Assembly: GCA_963839715.1 (NCBI GenBank)
Contig: CAWIVX010000006.1
Span: 305,616 to 369,615 of the forward strand
Reading direction: 5' to 3'
DNA from: an uncultured Actinomycetota bacterium
GTDB lineage: Bacteria; Actinomycetota; Actinomycetes; Actinomycetales; Microbacteriaceae
DNA length: 64,000 bases
The position numbers were made by a program, and so were the translations under genes. The notes below the pieces were generated by a model, which saw nothing but the letters and a program-made list of their open reading frames with translations, was not told where the DNA came from and searched no databases. Below are positions 10,533-23,744 of this stretch, piece by piece (position 1 is the stretch's first letter; each line of letters opens with the position of its first letter).

Positions 10533-12572
10533 GTGACGACCGCTCTGTACCGCCGATACCGTCCCGAGACGTTCGGCGAGATGATCGGCCAGTCCCAGGT
10601 GACCGAGCCGCTGATGACGGCGCTGCGCGGTGATCGCGTCGGCCACGCCTATCTCTTCTCCGGACCCCGCGGATGCGGCAAGACGACATCCGCGCGCATC
10701 CTCGCGCGGTGCCTCAACTGCGCCGAAGGCCCGACCGACGTGCCGTGCGGCGTGTGCGAGAGCTGCGTCGAGCTGGGCCGGGGAGGGGGCGGTTCGCTCG
10801 ACGTGGTCGAGATCGACGCGGCGAGCCACAACGGCGTCGACGACGCGCGCGACCTGCGCGAGCGCGCGGTGTTCGCTCCGGCGCGCGACAGGTTCAAGAT
10901 CTTCATCCTCGATGAGGCGCACATGGTCACGCCGCAGGGCTTCAACGCCCTGCTGAAGCTCGTCGAGGAGCCGCCGGATCACGTGAAGTTCATCTTCGCG
11001 ACGACCGAGCCCGAGAAGGTGATCGGCACGATCCGGTCACGGACGCACCACTACCCGTTCCGCCTCGTCCCGCCGGCCGCGATGCTCGAGTACGTCCAGG
11101 CCCTGTGCGAGACCGAGGGCGTGACGGTCGAGCCCGGCGTGCTGTCTCTCGTCGTGCGCGCCGGGGGCGGCTCACCGCGAGACACGCTCTCTCTGCTCGA
11201 TCAGCTGATCGCCGGCTCCGAGGGCACCCTTGTGACCTATGCGCGGGCGGTCGCCCTTCTCGGCTACACGCATGCCGAGCTTCTCGACGAGGTGGTCGAC
11301 GCCTTCGGCGCGGCGGATGCCGCGGCGGCGTTCGCCGCGGTCGACCGGGTGGTGCAGACCGGCCAGGATCCGCGCCGGTTCGTGGACGACCTGCTGGAGC
11401 GCCTGCGCGACCTCATCGTCGTCGCGGCGACCGGGCAGGATGCCGCCGCGGTGCTGCGGGGCGTGTCGGCCGAGTCGCTCGCGCGCATGATGCGCCAGGC
11501 CGAGGTCTTCGGATCCCTGCGCCTCTCGCGCACCGCCGATCTCGTGATCGCCACGCTCGACGAGATGACCGGAGCGACATCGCCCCGGCTGCAGCTCGAG
11601 CTCATGGTCGCCCGGGTGCTCGCGCAGACCGATGCCGCGCCGCGGGCACGCGCCAGGCGGCGCCGGAGCCGCGTCCCCGCGCCCGAGGCTCCTCCGATCG
11701 CGGAGCCCGCGGTCGCGCCGGTGGCGGCCGTTCCCGCGCCGACTCCCGCCGCATCCGAACCGGTTCCGGCCGCCGCGCCCGCACCCGTCGGACCGATCAC
11801 CCTGCAGCACCTGCGCGATGCGTGGCCCGAAGTGCTCGCCCGGCTCGAGGAGACCAGCCGGTCGTCGTGGCTGCTGGCATCCGGCGCACGGGTCAGCGAG
11901 CTCGACGGGGACGTGCTGACTCTCTCGTTCCAGAGCCAGTCCGACGTCTCGAAGTTCAAGAAGCTCGCGGCCGGTGCCGGTCCGAGCGAAGATCTGCGTC
12001 AGGCGATCCTCGCCGTGCTCGGGGTGCGCGTGAAGTACCTCGCCAAGCACGACAGCGAGACCGGCCCCGCCGCGCCGCCCGCCGGAGCCCCGACCGGTCA
12101 GCCGCCGTCAGCGACTCCGCCGAAGACGGCGGCCATGGGCTCGGCCCGGGCTGCTGCCTCCCCCGTCACCGAATGGGTCGTCGCGGCGATCCCGAGCGAC
12201 GCCGACGCGCCGCCTGCGGATGAGCCGGAGCCGCCGGCTGCGGCGGTCGCGCAGTTCGCCGTCGACGACGAGCCCGAAGAGGCCGCCGAGGCGGCGCGCT
12301 CGCACGTCGCCACGCTCGCACCTCCCCGCGAGGGCGACGTCCTGCCGGCGGCCGACATCGAGCCGTCGTCCGAGTCCGAGGACGACGCCGATCTCGACGC
12401 GGATGCCGCCTCCTCCGCCCCCGTGCCGCCGGTCGTCGCCCCGCCGATGCCGAGCTCGGCCGTCCGCACGTCCGGCCACACGCAGCGCTACGGCGAAGCG
12501 GTCATCCGCCAGGTGCTGCACGCGCGGTTCGTGCGGGAAGAGCCGTACGAGCCGCCCACGAGGTTCAGCTGA
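10533..12572 (+). CDS. dnaX: DNA polymerase III gamma/tau subunit
   Basis: ALYRRYRP, GPRGCGKTT, Zn cysteines, EIDAAS, DEAHM, Pro/Ala-rich linker. Confidence 0.96.
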   Translation: MTTALYRRYRPETFGEMIGQSQVTEPLMTALRGDRVGHAYLFSGPRGCGKTTSARILARCLNCAEGPTDVPCGVCESCVELGRGGGGSLDVVEIDAASHNGVDDARDLRERAVFAPARDRFKIFILDEAHMVTPQGFNALLKLVEEPPDHVKFIFATTEPEKVIGTIRSRTHHYPFRLVPPAAMLEYVQALCETEGVTVEPGVLSLVVRAGGGSPRDTLSLLDQLIAGSEGTLVTYARAVALLGYTHAELLDEVVDAFGAADAAAAFAAVDRVVQTGQDPRRFVDDLLERLRDLIVVAATGQDAAAVLRGVSAESLARMMRQAEVFGSLRLSRTADLVIATLDEMTGATSPRLQLELMVARVLAQTDAAPRARARRRRSRVPAPEAPPIAEPAVAPVAAVPAPTPAASEPVPAAAPAPVGPITLQHLRDAWPEVLARLEETSRSSWLLASGARVSELDGDVLTLSFQSQSDVSKFKKLAAGAGPSEDLRQAILAVLGVRVKYLAKHDSETGPAAPPAGAPTGQPPSATPPKTAAMGSARAAASPVTEWVVAAIPSDADAPPADEPEPPAAAVAQFAVDDEPEEAAEAARSHVATLAPPREGDVLPAADIEPSSESEDDADLDADAASSAPVPPVVAPPMPSSAVRTSGHTQRYGEAVIRQVLHARFVREEPYEPPTRFS

Positions 12573-12575
12573 CCC

Positions 12576-13169
12576 ATGTACGACGGCATCGTCCAAGACC
12601 TGATCGACGAGTTCGGCCGGCTCCCCGGCATCGGCCCGAAGTCGGCGCAGCGCATCACGTTCCACATCGTGCAGTCGCCCTCCTTCGATGTCTCCCGCCT
12701 CGCGCAGCTGCTGGCGGAGGTCCGTGACAAGGTCCGCTTCTGCGAGATCTGCGGCAACGTGTCGGAGCAGGATCGCTGCGGAATCTGCCGCGATCCCCGC
12801 CGCAGCCCAGCCGTCATCTGCGTCGTGGAGGACGCCAAGGACGTCGCGGCCATCGAGCGGACACGGGAGTTCCGCGGGCTGTACCACGTGCTGGGCGGCG
12901 CGATCAGCCCGATCGCCGGGATCGGCCCGGAAGACCTTCGCATCACCCAGCTCATGCAGCGGCTGGCCGACGGAACCGTGCAGGAGGTCATCCTCGCGAC
13001 GAACCCGAACCTCGAGGGAGAGGCGACGGCGACCTACCTGAGCCGGCTGCTGCACACCCTCGAGATCTCGGTGACACGGCTGGCCTCAGGCCTGCCCGTC
13101 GGCGGCGACCTGGAGTACGCCGACGAGGTCACGCTCGGGCGGGCATTCGAGGGGCGCCGCGCCGTCTGA
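12576..13169 (+). CDS. recR: Recombination mediator RecR
   Basis: [12 protein letters not shown]4 zinc finger, Toprim [18 protein letters not shown]. Confidence 0.97.
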   Translation: MYDGIVQDLIDEFGRLPGIGPKSAQRITFHIVQSPSFDVSRLAQLLAEVRDKVRFCEICGNVSEQDRCGICRDPRRSPAVICVVEDAKDVAAIERTREFRGLYHVLGGAISPIAGIGPEDLRITQLMQRLADGTVQEVILATNPNLEGEATATYLSRLLHTLEISVTRLASGLPVGGDLEYADEVTLGRAFEGRRAV

Positions 13170-14101
13170 TGAGTGCCGTGGTTGCGCGTTTCGACGCTCG
13201 TGCCTGGATCCTGTTCGCCGCGATGGCCGTGCTGTGGGGAATGCCGTACCTGTTCATCAAGCAGGCGGTCGACTCGTACTCCCCGGCCTCCGTCGTCGCC
13301 GGACGCGCGCTGCTGGCCGCCGCGCTCCTGCTTCCCTTCGCGCTGCACCGCCGCGCCCTGCGTCCGGCGCTGTCCAAGATCGGCTGGGTGCTCGCCTTCG
13401 GGGCGATCGAGATGGCCGGCCCGTTCCTGCTGCTCGGGCACGCCGAGCAGACGCTGCCGTCGGGTCTGACCGGCCTCCTCGTGGCGACGGTGCCGCTGTT
13501 CGCAGCCCTCATCGCCTTCACCGGCGGCGACCGGAGCGTGCTCAGGCCGGCCCGCATGATCGGGCTCTTCGTCGGATTCATCGGAGTCGCGATCATCGTC
13601 ATCGGCCCGGGCCTTGCAGCCGGCGGCACGGCCGGACTCGTCGCGATCGGCGAAGTACTGCTCGTCGCGGTCTGCTACGCCGTCGCTCCGTTCATCGTCG
13701 CGCGCAGGCTCGCTGATGTGCCCGCACTCGGCACCATCACCATCGCGCTTGCCGCGGTGGGGCTGTTCTATCTCCCGATCGGGTTCCTCACCCAGACCGA
13801 GACGCCCACGGCGCAGAGCACGGTCTCGCTGATCGCGCTGGCGGTCCTGTGCACCGCCGTCGCGTTCATCGTCTTCTTCGCCCTGATCGACCGCGTCGGT
13901 CCTGTCCGCGCGCCCCTGTTCACGTACCTGAATCCCGTCGTGGCGATCGTGCTCGGGATCATCGTCCTGGGAGAGGAGGTGACTCCCGGGCTGCTCATCG
14001 GGTTTCCGATCGTCATTCTCGGCTGCTGGCTGGCCGCCACCGGGGGTACCGTCCGCACGCGGGAGCCCATCGGCGATCTCCCGCCGCTGGCCCCCGGCTG
14101 A
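13169..14101 (+). CDS. DMT/EamA family transporter
   Basis: About 10 TM segments, LWG.PYLFIK, TYLNPVVA..LG...LGE. Confidence 0.9.
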   Translation: MSAVVARFDARAWILFAAMAVLWGMPYLFIKQAVDSYSPASVVAGRALLAAALLLPFALHRRALRPALSKIGWVLAFGAIEMAGPFLLLGHAEQTLPSGLTGLLVATVPLFAALIAFTGGDRSVLRPARMIGLFVGFIGVAIIVIGPGLAAGGTAGLVAIGEVLLVAVCYAVAPFIVARRLADVPALGTITIALAAVGLFYLPIGFLTQTETPTAQSTVSLIALAVLCTAVAFIVFFALIDRVGPVRAPLFTYLNPVVAIVLGIIVLGEEVTPGLLIGFPIVILGCWLAATGGTVRTREPIGDLPPLAPG

Positions 14102-14107
14102 GGTCGG

Positions 14108-14599
14108 TCAGCGCAGCACCTCGACCAGCACGACCCACGACACGATGATCGCCGCCACGATCGCCAGCAGACATCCGGCCGCGGCGAACGACAGCCCCGC
14201 GGGATGTTCGAGCAGGATCGCGAGCCCCGCGATGAGGTAGGCCGCGATCGGGAGGAATCCGAATGCCGATTTGGGCAGCTTCGCCCGGGCGGCAGGGTCG
14301 TGGTTGGCGAAGATGGCGCGCGTCGCCTGCACCTGGAACACTCCGGCCCCGAGGGTTGCGACCAGCAGCAGGATGCCGAACCAGAACGGCGTGAGGGTGG
14401 GGACCAGTCCCAGTCCCGACGCGATGATCGCGAGCACGAGGGCGGCGATGCCGGCGGCCAGACGGGCTGTGAGCGCGCGCGCCTTGATGATCTCGGCGAT
14501 GTTCACGCTCGACGCCACGATCACCAGACCCGCGAGCGCCGCGGTGGCTCCGACCATCGCGACATTGAAATCCGCCCACAGCTCCAATTCGTCCGTCAT
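14108..14599 (-). CDS. Hypothetical membrane protein (W.DF.VA..GA.AALAGL..VA.SVN family)
   Basis: About 5 TM segments ending W..LVEVLR. -10 TAGCAT lies 7 nt upstream of the ATG. Confidence 0.75.
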   Translation of the reverse strand: MTDELELWADFNVAMVGATAALAGLVIVASSVNIAEIIKARALTARLAAGIAALVLAIIASGLGLVPTLTPFWFGILLLVATLGAGVFQVQATRAIFANHDPAARAKLPKSAFGFLPIAAYLIAGLAILLEHPAGLSFAAAGCLLAIVAAIIVSWVVLVEVLR

Positions 14600-14724
14600 G
14601 GTCGGGATGCTATCGCGGCCGATCGCCGGCCGCTGATTGTTCCGGTCCGCCCGCCCGCCCCCTGGCGATGATGCCCGCCGACCGGGCACGATGGGGGAAA
14701 GCTCACAGCGGCGTGGGAGGCAGC

Positions 14725-16806
14725 ATGGACGCGACGTCAGGTCCGACGCATCGGACGGTGGCCATCGTGGGGGGTGCCGGCTCGGGCAAGACGACTCTCG
14801 CCGAGGGTCTCCTCTTCCGCGCGGGGGCGATCGCTCGGCGCGGCTCGGTGGAGCAGGGGACGACGGTGTGCGACCACGACCCCGAGGAGATCGCCCGGCA
14901 GACGACGCTCGGCATCTCTCCGGCGCATCTGACATGGCAGGCGGACGGCGCCGAGTTCGCGCTCACGCTGATCGACACGCCGGGGCATCCCGACTTCATC
15001 GGGGGTGTCGACACCGCGCTGGCGGTCGCGGATGCCGCAGCCGTCGTCGTCAGCGCGGTCGACGGGGTCACCGCCGGCACGCGTGCCGTCTGGGCGGCCG
15101 CGCGAGATGCCGGCGTCCCGCGGATCGTGATCGTGACGCAGGAAGACCGTGCGAGGGCCGACTTCCGCCGGGTGCTCGCCGAACTGCGCGCGGCGTTCGG
15201 CGAGAACCTGTGGCCACTCGAGCTGCCCCTCGGGGAGGAGCAGGACTTCCACGCTGTCGCCGACGTCCTGGGCGAGCAGGCCCTGGTCTACGACGATCAG
15301 GGCAACCACCGTGAGGAACCGCTCCCCGCCGAGGTGGAGGCCGAGGAGCACGCGGCGCACGTCAGCGTCACCGAGGAGATCGTGTCGCACGACGATGCGC
15401 AGCTCGAGGCCTACCTGGACGGCGACGAACCGTCGGCGGCTGAGCTCGCCCACTCGTTCGCGCACGAGGTGGCGACGGGCGAGGCGATCCCGGTGCTGCT
15501 GTGCTCCGGGCTCACCGGAACCGGCGTCGACCGGGTCGCAGATCTGCTCTGCGAGCTGTCGCCGGGCTCGCGCGATCACGACAGCCGCATCGTGGTCGGC
15601 GAGGCCGCCGACGGCCAGGGCGGAACGGTCGTGAGCGTCGCCCCGAATCCCGACGGCGAGACGGTGGTCCACGTCTTCCGGACCGTCGCCGACCCGTTCG
15701 TCGGGCAGATCGCGATGCTGAAGGTGCTCTCCGGCACACTGCGTCCGAGCGACCGCCTGCGCAATGCCACGACGGGCGCAGACGAGCGGATGCCGGCGCT
15801 CTTCCGTCTGCGAGGAGCCCAGCACCTGCCGGCGGATGCGCTCCGGACCGGCGAAGTGGGCGCGGTCGCCAAGCTGGTCGGGTCGCCGTCGGGATCGCTG
15901 CTCTGGTCCCGACCCAACGGGACCGCGCGCCCGGCACCGCTGCCGCGCCGGCATCCGGTGTACGCGGTGAGCCTCACTCCTGCCACGCAGTCCGACGACG
16001 CGAAGCTCTCCACGGCGCTCGGTCGGCTCCTCGCGGAGGACCAGACGCTCGTGATCGATCGTGCGGGCGGGGCGACGATCCTGCGCGGTCTCGGCGAGAC
16101 GCACGTCTCGGTCGCCGTCGAACGGCTCGCCCGGGTGCTGGGGGTGACCGTGACGACGGGACCGGCCCCGGTGGCGTACCGCGAGACGATCGCGCGGCCG
16201 GCGCAGGCGGAGGGAAAGCTCAAGAAGCAGTCCGGCGGGCACGGGCAGTTCGCGGTCGTGCAGCTTCGGGTCAGTCCGCTGCCCCTGGGCGGCGGGTTCG
16301 AGTTCGTCGACGCCGTCGTCGGCGGGGCGGTGCCCCGCTCGTACATCCCCGCCGTCGAGAAGGGCTCCCGTGACGCGCTCGCCACGGGCGGGCCGCAGGG
16401 CCACCCGGTGGTCGATGTGCGCGTCGAGCTCTACGACGGGAAATCGCACTCGGTCGACTCGTCGGAGATGGCCTTCCGCACCGCCGCCTCGATCGGCGTC
16501 AAGGCGGCGCTCGCCGAAGCCGGCACGATCGTGCTCGAGCCGGTGTCGATCGTGACCATCACGGTGCCCGCGCACCTGCAGGGGCCGGTCCTCACCGACC
16601 TCTCGTCCCGGCGCGCGCACGTGAACGCGACCGAGACGACGGATGAGGCGGACGCGCGCATCGTGGCGAGCGTCCCGGAGGCCGAGCTCGGGCGCTATGT
16701 GCTGGAACTGCGCTCGCTCACCGGCGGTCAGGCTCAGCTGACCATCACGCCGGACCGCTACGAGCGGGCGCCGGAATCGACCCGAAGTCATCACGCGCCG
16801 GTGTGA
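14725..16806 (+). CDS. Elongation factor G-like protein (EF-G2 type paralog)
   Basis: [44 protein letters not shown] domain V. G2 and G4 motifs are divergent. Confidence 0.9.
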   Translation: MDATSGPTHRTVAIVGGAGSGKTTLAEGLLFRAGAIARRGSVEQGTTVCDHDPEEIARQTTLGISPAHLTWQADGAEFALTLIDTPGHPDFIGGVDTALAVADAAAVVVSAVDGVTAGTRAVWAAARDAGVPRIVIVTQEDRARADFRRVLAELRAAFGENLWPLELPLGEEQDFHAVADVLGEQALVYDDQGNHREEPLPAEVEAEEHAAHVSVTEEIVSHDDAQLEAYLDGDEPSAAELAHSFAHEVATGEAIPVLLCSGLTGTGVDRVADLLCELSPGSRDHDSRIVVGEAADGQGGTVVSVAPNPDGETVVHVFRTVADPFVGQIAMLKVLSGTLRPSDRLRNATTGADERMPALFRLRGAQHLPADALRTGEVGAVAKLVGSPSGSLLWSRPNGTARPAPLPRRHPVYAVSLTPATQSDDAKLSTALGRLLAEDQTLVIDRAGGATILRGLGETHVSVAVERLARVLGVTVTTGPAPVAYRETIARPAQAEGKLKKQSGGHGQFAVVQLRVSPLPLGGGFEFVDAVVGGAVPRSYIPAVEKGSRDALATGGPQGHPVVDVRVELYDGKSHSVDSSEMAFRTAASIGVKAALAEAGTIVLEPVSIVTITVPAHLQGPVLTDLSSRRAHVNATETTDEADARIVASVPEAELGRYVLELRSLTGGQAQLTITPDRYERAPESTRSHHAPV

Positions 16807-16922
16807 CGCATGGCGGAGGCGGCATGGCCGCATCCGTAAGATGGGGCGTGGGGTCGCGGCATCCGATCGCCCGTCCATCACCACACGCGCGTCACCGCAG
16901 TGACGCCCCCGGGAGTCTCATC

Positions 16923-18247
16923 GTGGCGTTGTTCGTGCAGAAGTACGGCGGGTCGTCGGTCGCCGACGCGGAGAGCATCAAGCGCGTCGCGAAGCGGATC
17001 GTCGACACCCGCCGCGCCGGTCACGACGTCGTCGTCGCCGTCAGCGCGATGGGCGACACCACCGACGAGCTGCTCGACCTCGCAGCCCAGGTGGCGCCGA
17101 TCCCCGCGCCGCGCGAGCTCGACATGCTGCTGTCGAGCGGCGAGCGCATCTCGATGGCTCTGCTGGCGATGGCGATCCACTCGATGGGCTTCGAGGCCCG
17201 CTCGTTCACGGGATCCCAGGCGGGCATGATCACGGATGCCACGCACGGCGCCGCGCGGATCGTCGATGTGACCCCGATCCGGCTCCGCGAAGCCCTCGAC
17301 GAGGGTGCGATCGTGATCGTCGCGGGCTTCCAGGGTTTCAACCGCGACACCCGCGACATCACGACGCTGGGGCGCGGGGGCTCCGACACCACTGCGGTCG
17401 CCCTTGCGGCCGCACTGAATGCGGACGTGTGCGAGATCTACAGCGATGTCGAGGGCATCTTCACCGCCGATCCCGCGTGTCGTGCCCCGCGCCCAGAAGC
17501 TGACCCACGTCTCGAGCGAGGAGATGCTCGAGCTGGCCGCCAACGGCGCGAAGGTGCTGTACATCCGAGCTGTCGAGTACGCGCGCCGGCACGGGGTGCT
17601 GATCCATGCCCGGTCGACGTTCAGTTCGGCGGAGGGCACGTGGGTGCTCGGCAACGGCATGACTGTCCCCGCGGGCATCGCCGCACCGGCCGGAGCCTTC
17701 GGGCAGCCCGGCGCAGAAGGAGGAGAGATGGAAGAGCCGATCGTCGCGGGCGTCGCGACAGACCTCAGCCAGGCCAAGATCACCGTCATCGGCGTGCCCG
17801 GACGTTCCCGGCAAGGCTGCCGAGATCTTCAAGATCGTCGCCAAGTCGGGGGCGAACGTCGACATGATCGTGCAGAACGTGTCGGCCGCCTCGACGGGAC
17901 GGACCGACATCTCGTTCACCCTTCCGAAGGAGGATGCCGGGGTCGCGCTGCGTGCGCTCGCCGCCGAGCAGGCCGGAGTGGGCTTCGAGAACCTGGTGCA
18001 CGACGACCAGATCGGCAAGCTGTCCGTCGTGGGGGCGGGCATGCGCACGCACTCGGGCGTGTCGGCGACGCTGTTCGAGGCGCTCAGCGTCTCCGGCATC
18101 AACATCGAGATGATCTCGACCAGCGAGATCCGCATCTCGGTCGTCGTCCGCGGTGATGAGCTCGCCGAGGCGGCACGGATGGTGCACACGGCGTACGGCC
18201 TCGACGGCGACGCCGAAGCGGTCGTCCACGCCGGCACGGGCCGCTGA
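16923..18247 (+). CDS. lysC: Aspartate kinase (alpha subunit, with in-frame beta subunit from 17728); apparent frameshifts near 17473 and 17800
   Basis: [32 protein letters not shown] domains DMIVQN and [11 protein letters not shown]-terminal AGTGR. Confidence 0.93.
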
Positions 18248-18314
18248 CGCCGGGCACCGATTCCCAGCCGCACCCCAGCGCACCGCCGTAGCATCGGCGC
18301 GTCGAAGGGGCGTG

Positions 18315-20055
<1,741 letters not shown>

Positions 20056-20145
20056 GTCTTGCGGCCCGCGAAAGATCCCCGGAACCTTCGCCGGAACCAG
20101 GTGCTCCCGTCCGGGTGCCCGACGCCGGACAACTAGACTTCTGGG

Positions 20146-21618
20146 GTGACAGAAACCGTCGATGTCGTGCTCATCGGGGGCGGCATCATGAGCGCCACCC
20201 TCGGCACCCTCCTCTCCGAGCTGCAGCCCGACTGGAAGATCGTCGTCTACGAGCGGCTCCACGACGTCGGCCTGGAGAGCTCCAACGCGTGGAACAACGC
20301 CGGAACCGGTCACGCCGCGCTGTGCGAGCTGAACTACACGCCCGAGGGGCCTGACGGCACGGTCGACCCGTCCAAGGCGATCGCGATCAACGAGCAATTC
20401 CAGCAGAGCCGTCAGTTCTGGTCGTCGCTCGTCGAGGAGGGCGCGCTGGACGCGCCGTCGACGTTCATCAACTCGACGCCGCACATGACGTTCGTGCGCG
20501 GAGAGAAGGACGTCGCATTCCTCAAGGCCCGCTACGAGGCGCTCAAGGACCAGCCGCTTTTCGCCGGGATCGAGTACAGCGAGGATTCGCGCGTCATCAA
20601 CCAGTGGGCTCCGCTCCTGATGCAGAAGCGACGCAAGGGCGAGCCGTTCGCGGCCACGCGCGTGCCCGCCGGAACCGACGTGGACTTCGGAGCCCTGACC
20701 CGGCAGCTGTTCGACAGCCTGAGGGAGCGCGGCGCAGAGGTCGTGACAAACCGCGAAGTGCGCACACTGAAGCGGCGCAGCGACGGAACGTGGCGCATCA
20801 CATGGCGCAACTCGGTCGGCCGCACCCCCGGGGCCACGAACGCCCGCTTCGTCTTCGTCGGCGCCGGCGGCTGGGCGATCAAGCTCCTCCAGCGCTCCGG
20901 CATCCCCGAGATCAAGGGATACGGCGTCTTCCCCATCGGAGGTCAGTGGCTCAAGACGAGCAACCCGGCGCTCGTGGCCAAGCACAAGGCGAAGGTGTAC
21001 TCGCAGGCTTCCGTGGGGGCGCCGCCGATGTCGGTTCCGCACCTCGACACGCGTGTCGTCGACGGGGAGACCTCGCTCCTGTTCGGGCCCTTCGCGACCT
21101 TCAGTCCCAAGTTCCTCAGGAACGGCTCGATGCTCGACCTCGTCGCTCAGGTGCGGCCGAGCAACCTGTGGCCCATGATCAAGGTCGCGATCGACAACCC
21201 GTCGCTCATCACGTATCTCGTCGGGGAACTGCTGAAGAACCACGCGAAGAAGGTGGACAGCCTGCGGACGTTCGTGCCCACCGCCAAGGACGAGGACTGG
21301 GAGCTGCTCAACGCCGGCCAGCGCGCCCAGGTGATGAAGAAGGACCCCAAGAAGGGCGGCGTGCTCCAGTTCGGCACCGAGGTCGTCACGGGCGCCGACG
21401 GCACGATCGCCGGTCTGCTGGGCGCCTCACCGGGAGCGTCGACCGCGGTCTCGATCATGCTGGGGCTCCTGCAGACCTGCTTCCCCGATCGGATGCCGGA
21501 GTGGGAGCCGCGCCTGCGCCAGCTCATCCCGAGCTACGGGGAGCAGCTCAACCCGCGCCCCGAGCTCGCCGAAGAGATCCTCACCGAGACCGCCGAGACC
21601 CTCGCGCTCACGGCGTAG
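20146..21618 (+). CDS. mqo: Malate:quinone oxidoreductase
   Basis: IGGGIMSATL, WNNAGTGHAALCELNY, PPMSVPHLD, AGQR.Q, LLGASPGAS. Confidence 0.96.
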   Translation: MTETVDVVLIGGGIMSATLGTLLSELQPDWKIVVYERLHDVGLESSNAWNNAGTGHAALCELNYTPEGPDGTVDPSKAIAINEQFQQSRQFWSSLVEEGALDAPSTFINSTPHMTFVRGEKDVAFLKARYEALKDQPLFAGIEYSEDSRVINQWAPLLMQKRRKGEPFAATRVPAGTDVDFGALTRQLFDSLRERGAEVVTNREVRTLKRRSDGTWRITWRNSVGRTPGATNARFVFVGAGGWAIKLLQRSGIPEIKGYGVFPIGGQWLKTSNPALVAKHKAKVYSQASVGAPPMSVPHLDTRVVDGETSLLFGPFATFSPKFLRNGSMLDLVAQVRPSNLWPMIKVAIDNPSLITYLVGELLKNHAKKVDSLRTFVPTAKDEDWELLNAGQRAQVMKKDPKKGGVLQFGTEVVTGADGTIAGLLGASPGASTAVSIMLGLLQTCFPDRMPEWEPRLRQLIPSYGEQLNPRPELAEEILTETAETLALTA

Positions 21619-21688
21619 CGCGGGACGCGGAGACCCGCGCCGCACGGCCGGGAGGCGCGACGCGTCGGCCGACCCCTAATGTGGGGGG

Positions 21689-23689
21689 ATGCCGGCAGTC
21701 TGGGGACCGCGATCGCGGCGCGCGATCGCAGGAGTGCTCGCGTTCGCGGTCGCGGTGATCCTGATGGCCGCACCCGCGGCGGCGTCCGGCCGCGGGGCGG
21801 CGGATGTCAGAGCCGGCACCGGCGGCGTTGCTCCGGCATCCGTTCAGGATTTCACCTTCGACTCGTTCGACGCGGACTACTGGCTCGTCCGCGGCACCGG
21901 CGAGCTGAGTCACCTGTTCACGACCGAGACGATCGTGGCCCGTTTCCCCGACTTCGACCAGAACAAGGGGATCGTCCGGTGGATCCCGAAGGCCGACTCC
22001 GGCATCGGCCACGACACGCAGGTCGTCACTGTGACCGGTGCGGATGGAGCACCGATCCCGTGGTGGACCGAAGAGGACGAGGACTGGGTCTACGTGCTCA
22101 CCGGCGACGACTCGTACGTGCGCGGAACGCAGACCTACGTCATCTCCTACACGATGAGCAACGTCGTCCTCCGCTACGACGACACCGACTCCGACGAGTT
22201 CTACTGGGACACCGTCGGCACCGACCACGCCCAGCCGTACGGCTCGGTCACCGCGAACGTGCACGTGGTCGGCAACGCCGCGGACGGACTCCTCCCTGGG
22301 CGCGCGTTCTGCTACTCAGGTCCGGGGGGCTCGCAGGACCCCTGCGAGATCCGGGAGACGGCGGCAGCGGACCTCCCGCCGGAGGTGGCGTTCTGGGCCG
22401 AAGAGGTAGGGGCGACGGGCATCGGCAACCGGTCGGCGTCGTTCACGGCGGGTGACGTGGACCTCGGTCCGAACGAGAACGTCACCGTCGCGATCGGATT
22501 CACCCAGGGCACCTTCGCTGCTCCGAGTCCGCCTCCCTATCCCTGGTGGGAGTGGATCCTGCCCGCGCTGGCGCTGCTGTCCGGGATCGGCGGCCTGATC
22601 TTCGTCCTCGTCATGAAGGTCGTCCTGCGGCGCAATCCGGATCGCTCGCCCGTGATCGTGCAGTACACCCCGCCCGAGGACGAGTCGCTCACGCTGTCGG
22701 CCGGCGTCCTCGACGTGCCGGCGCGGGCGATGGCCGCCCACGTCGTGGACCTCGCGGTGCGCGACGCGGTGGAGCTGCGTGCGTCGGGGGACAGGAACGA
22801 CCCGGCGGACTTCGACGTCGTGCTGCGCAGCACGGAGGGCCTCGAGCACGACGACCTCCGCGTGATCCAGACGCTGTACGGCAAGAACACCGGGGAAGGA
22901 GCAGTCGTCGACCTGGGCGCCTTCGCGAAGTCGCCGCCCGTGCGCGCCGTCACGTATGTCCGCCGTATCGACGAGTTCACCGTGCAGCGCGGCTACCGCA
23001 GCAAGGTTCCGCGCTGGGTCGGCTCGGTGCGGGGGGTGGCGCAACTGGGCGGCTTCCTCCTCGCGATGGGCTTGATCTTCTTCGCGGACGACGCGTTCGC
23101 CGTGCTGTCCGACGCCGGCCCGATCGGCAATCTCATCTACATCAGCGCGATCGTCAGCGGATTCTTCGCCTTCATCGTGCTCCCGTTCTTCAGTCTCCCG
23201 AAGTCGATGCTCACCCTCGCGGGCGGCATCCACAAGACGTATCTCGAGGGGATCCGGGAATACCTCCGCCTCGCCGAGGAGGACCGCCTGCGCGCCGCGC
23301 AGTCGCCGCGCACCGCCGACCTCGTCTCCTCCGGCCGACGAGCGTACGGAGATGAGCCCAACGCCCCCGGCGACAGCATCGTCAACGTCTACGAGCGGCT
23401 TCTGCCCTACGCCGTGCTGTTCGGCATGGAGCGCGAGTGGGTCGACGTCATCCGCAGCGCCGCGCCCGTCGCCGAGACCGCAACGCGCGTGTCGCTGTTC
23501 GACGCGGTCTCGTCGCGGTCGCTCTCCGACGCCTCCTCGTCGATCGGCCGGCTGGCGGTGACCCCGGTGACCCGGTCGGGATCGTCGAGCAGTTCTTCGT
23601 CGAGCTCGAGCTGGTCATCGTCCGGCGGGTCCTCCGGCGGCGGGTCGTCGGGCGGGGGCGGTGGCGGCGGCGGGTCCGGAGGCCGCTGA
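21689..23689 (+). CDS. DUF2207 family membrane protein
   Basis: Signal-like N-terminus, [23 protein letters not shown], Ser/Gly tail [12 protein letters not shown]. Confidence 0.88.
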   Translation: MPAVWGPRSRRAIAGVLAFAVAVILMAAPAAASGRGAADVRAGTGGVAPASVQDFTFDSFDADYWLVRGTGELSHLFTTETIVARFPDFDQNKGIVRWIPKADSGIGHDTQVVTVTGADGAPIPWWTEEDEDWVYVLTGDDSYVRGTQTYVISYTMSNVVLRYDDTDSDEFYWDTVGTDHAQPYGSVTANVHVVGNAADGLLPGRAFCYSGPGGSQDPCEIRETAAADLPPEVAFWAEEVGATGIGNRSASFTAGDVDLGPNENVTVAIGFTQGTFAAPSPPPYPWWEWILPALALLSGIGGLIFVLVMKVVLRRNPDRSPVIVQYTPPEDESLTLSAGVLDVPARAMAAHVVDLAVRDAVELRASGDRNDPADFDVVLRSTEGLEHDDLRVIQTLYGKNTGEGAVVDLGAFAKSPPVRAVTYVRRIDEFTVQRGYRSKVPRWVGSVRGVAQLGGFLLAMGLIFFADDAFAVLSDAGPIGNLIYISAIVSGFFAFIVLPFFSLPKSMLTLAGGIHKTYLEGIREYLRLAEEDRLRAAQSPRTADLVSSGRRAYGDEPNAPGDSIVNVYERLLPYAVLFGMEREWVDVIRSAAPVAETATRVSLFDAVSSRSLSDASSSIGRLAVTPVTRSGSSSSSSSSSSWSSSGGSSGGGSSGGGGGGGGSGGR

Positions 23690-23744
23690 CGCACGCGCGC
23701 CCCGGGGGCCGGTCGAGCGGGCCGCCGGCGACTACGCTCGGCAC

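Noticed and set aside
7752-10982. Very long antisense ORFs (1076 aa opposite GH65, and similar ones opposite pta, topA, ppk, acs)
   Set aside because: Shadow ORFs expected from high GC3 codon bias; no motifs or start signals.
11630-11700. Programmed frameshift in dnaX (gamma/tau) at the Arg-rich patch
   Set aside because: No slippery A-tract or clear stimulator. The patch is more likely linker sequence or a compensated indel pair.
16837-16922. Lysine riboswitch upstream of ask
   Set aside because: The leader after -10 TAAGAT is only about 75 nt and lacks L-box consensus elements.
20079-20120. ECF (SigH/SigE-type) promoter or operator from the CCGGAACC direct repeat upstream of mqo
   Set aside because: No convincing GTT -10 at the proper spacing, and a TAGACT leaderless promoter already explains mqo.
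23570-23689. Low-complexity Ser/Gly repeat
   Set aside because: Normal C-terminal tail of DUF2207 proteins.
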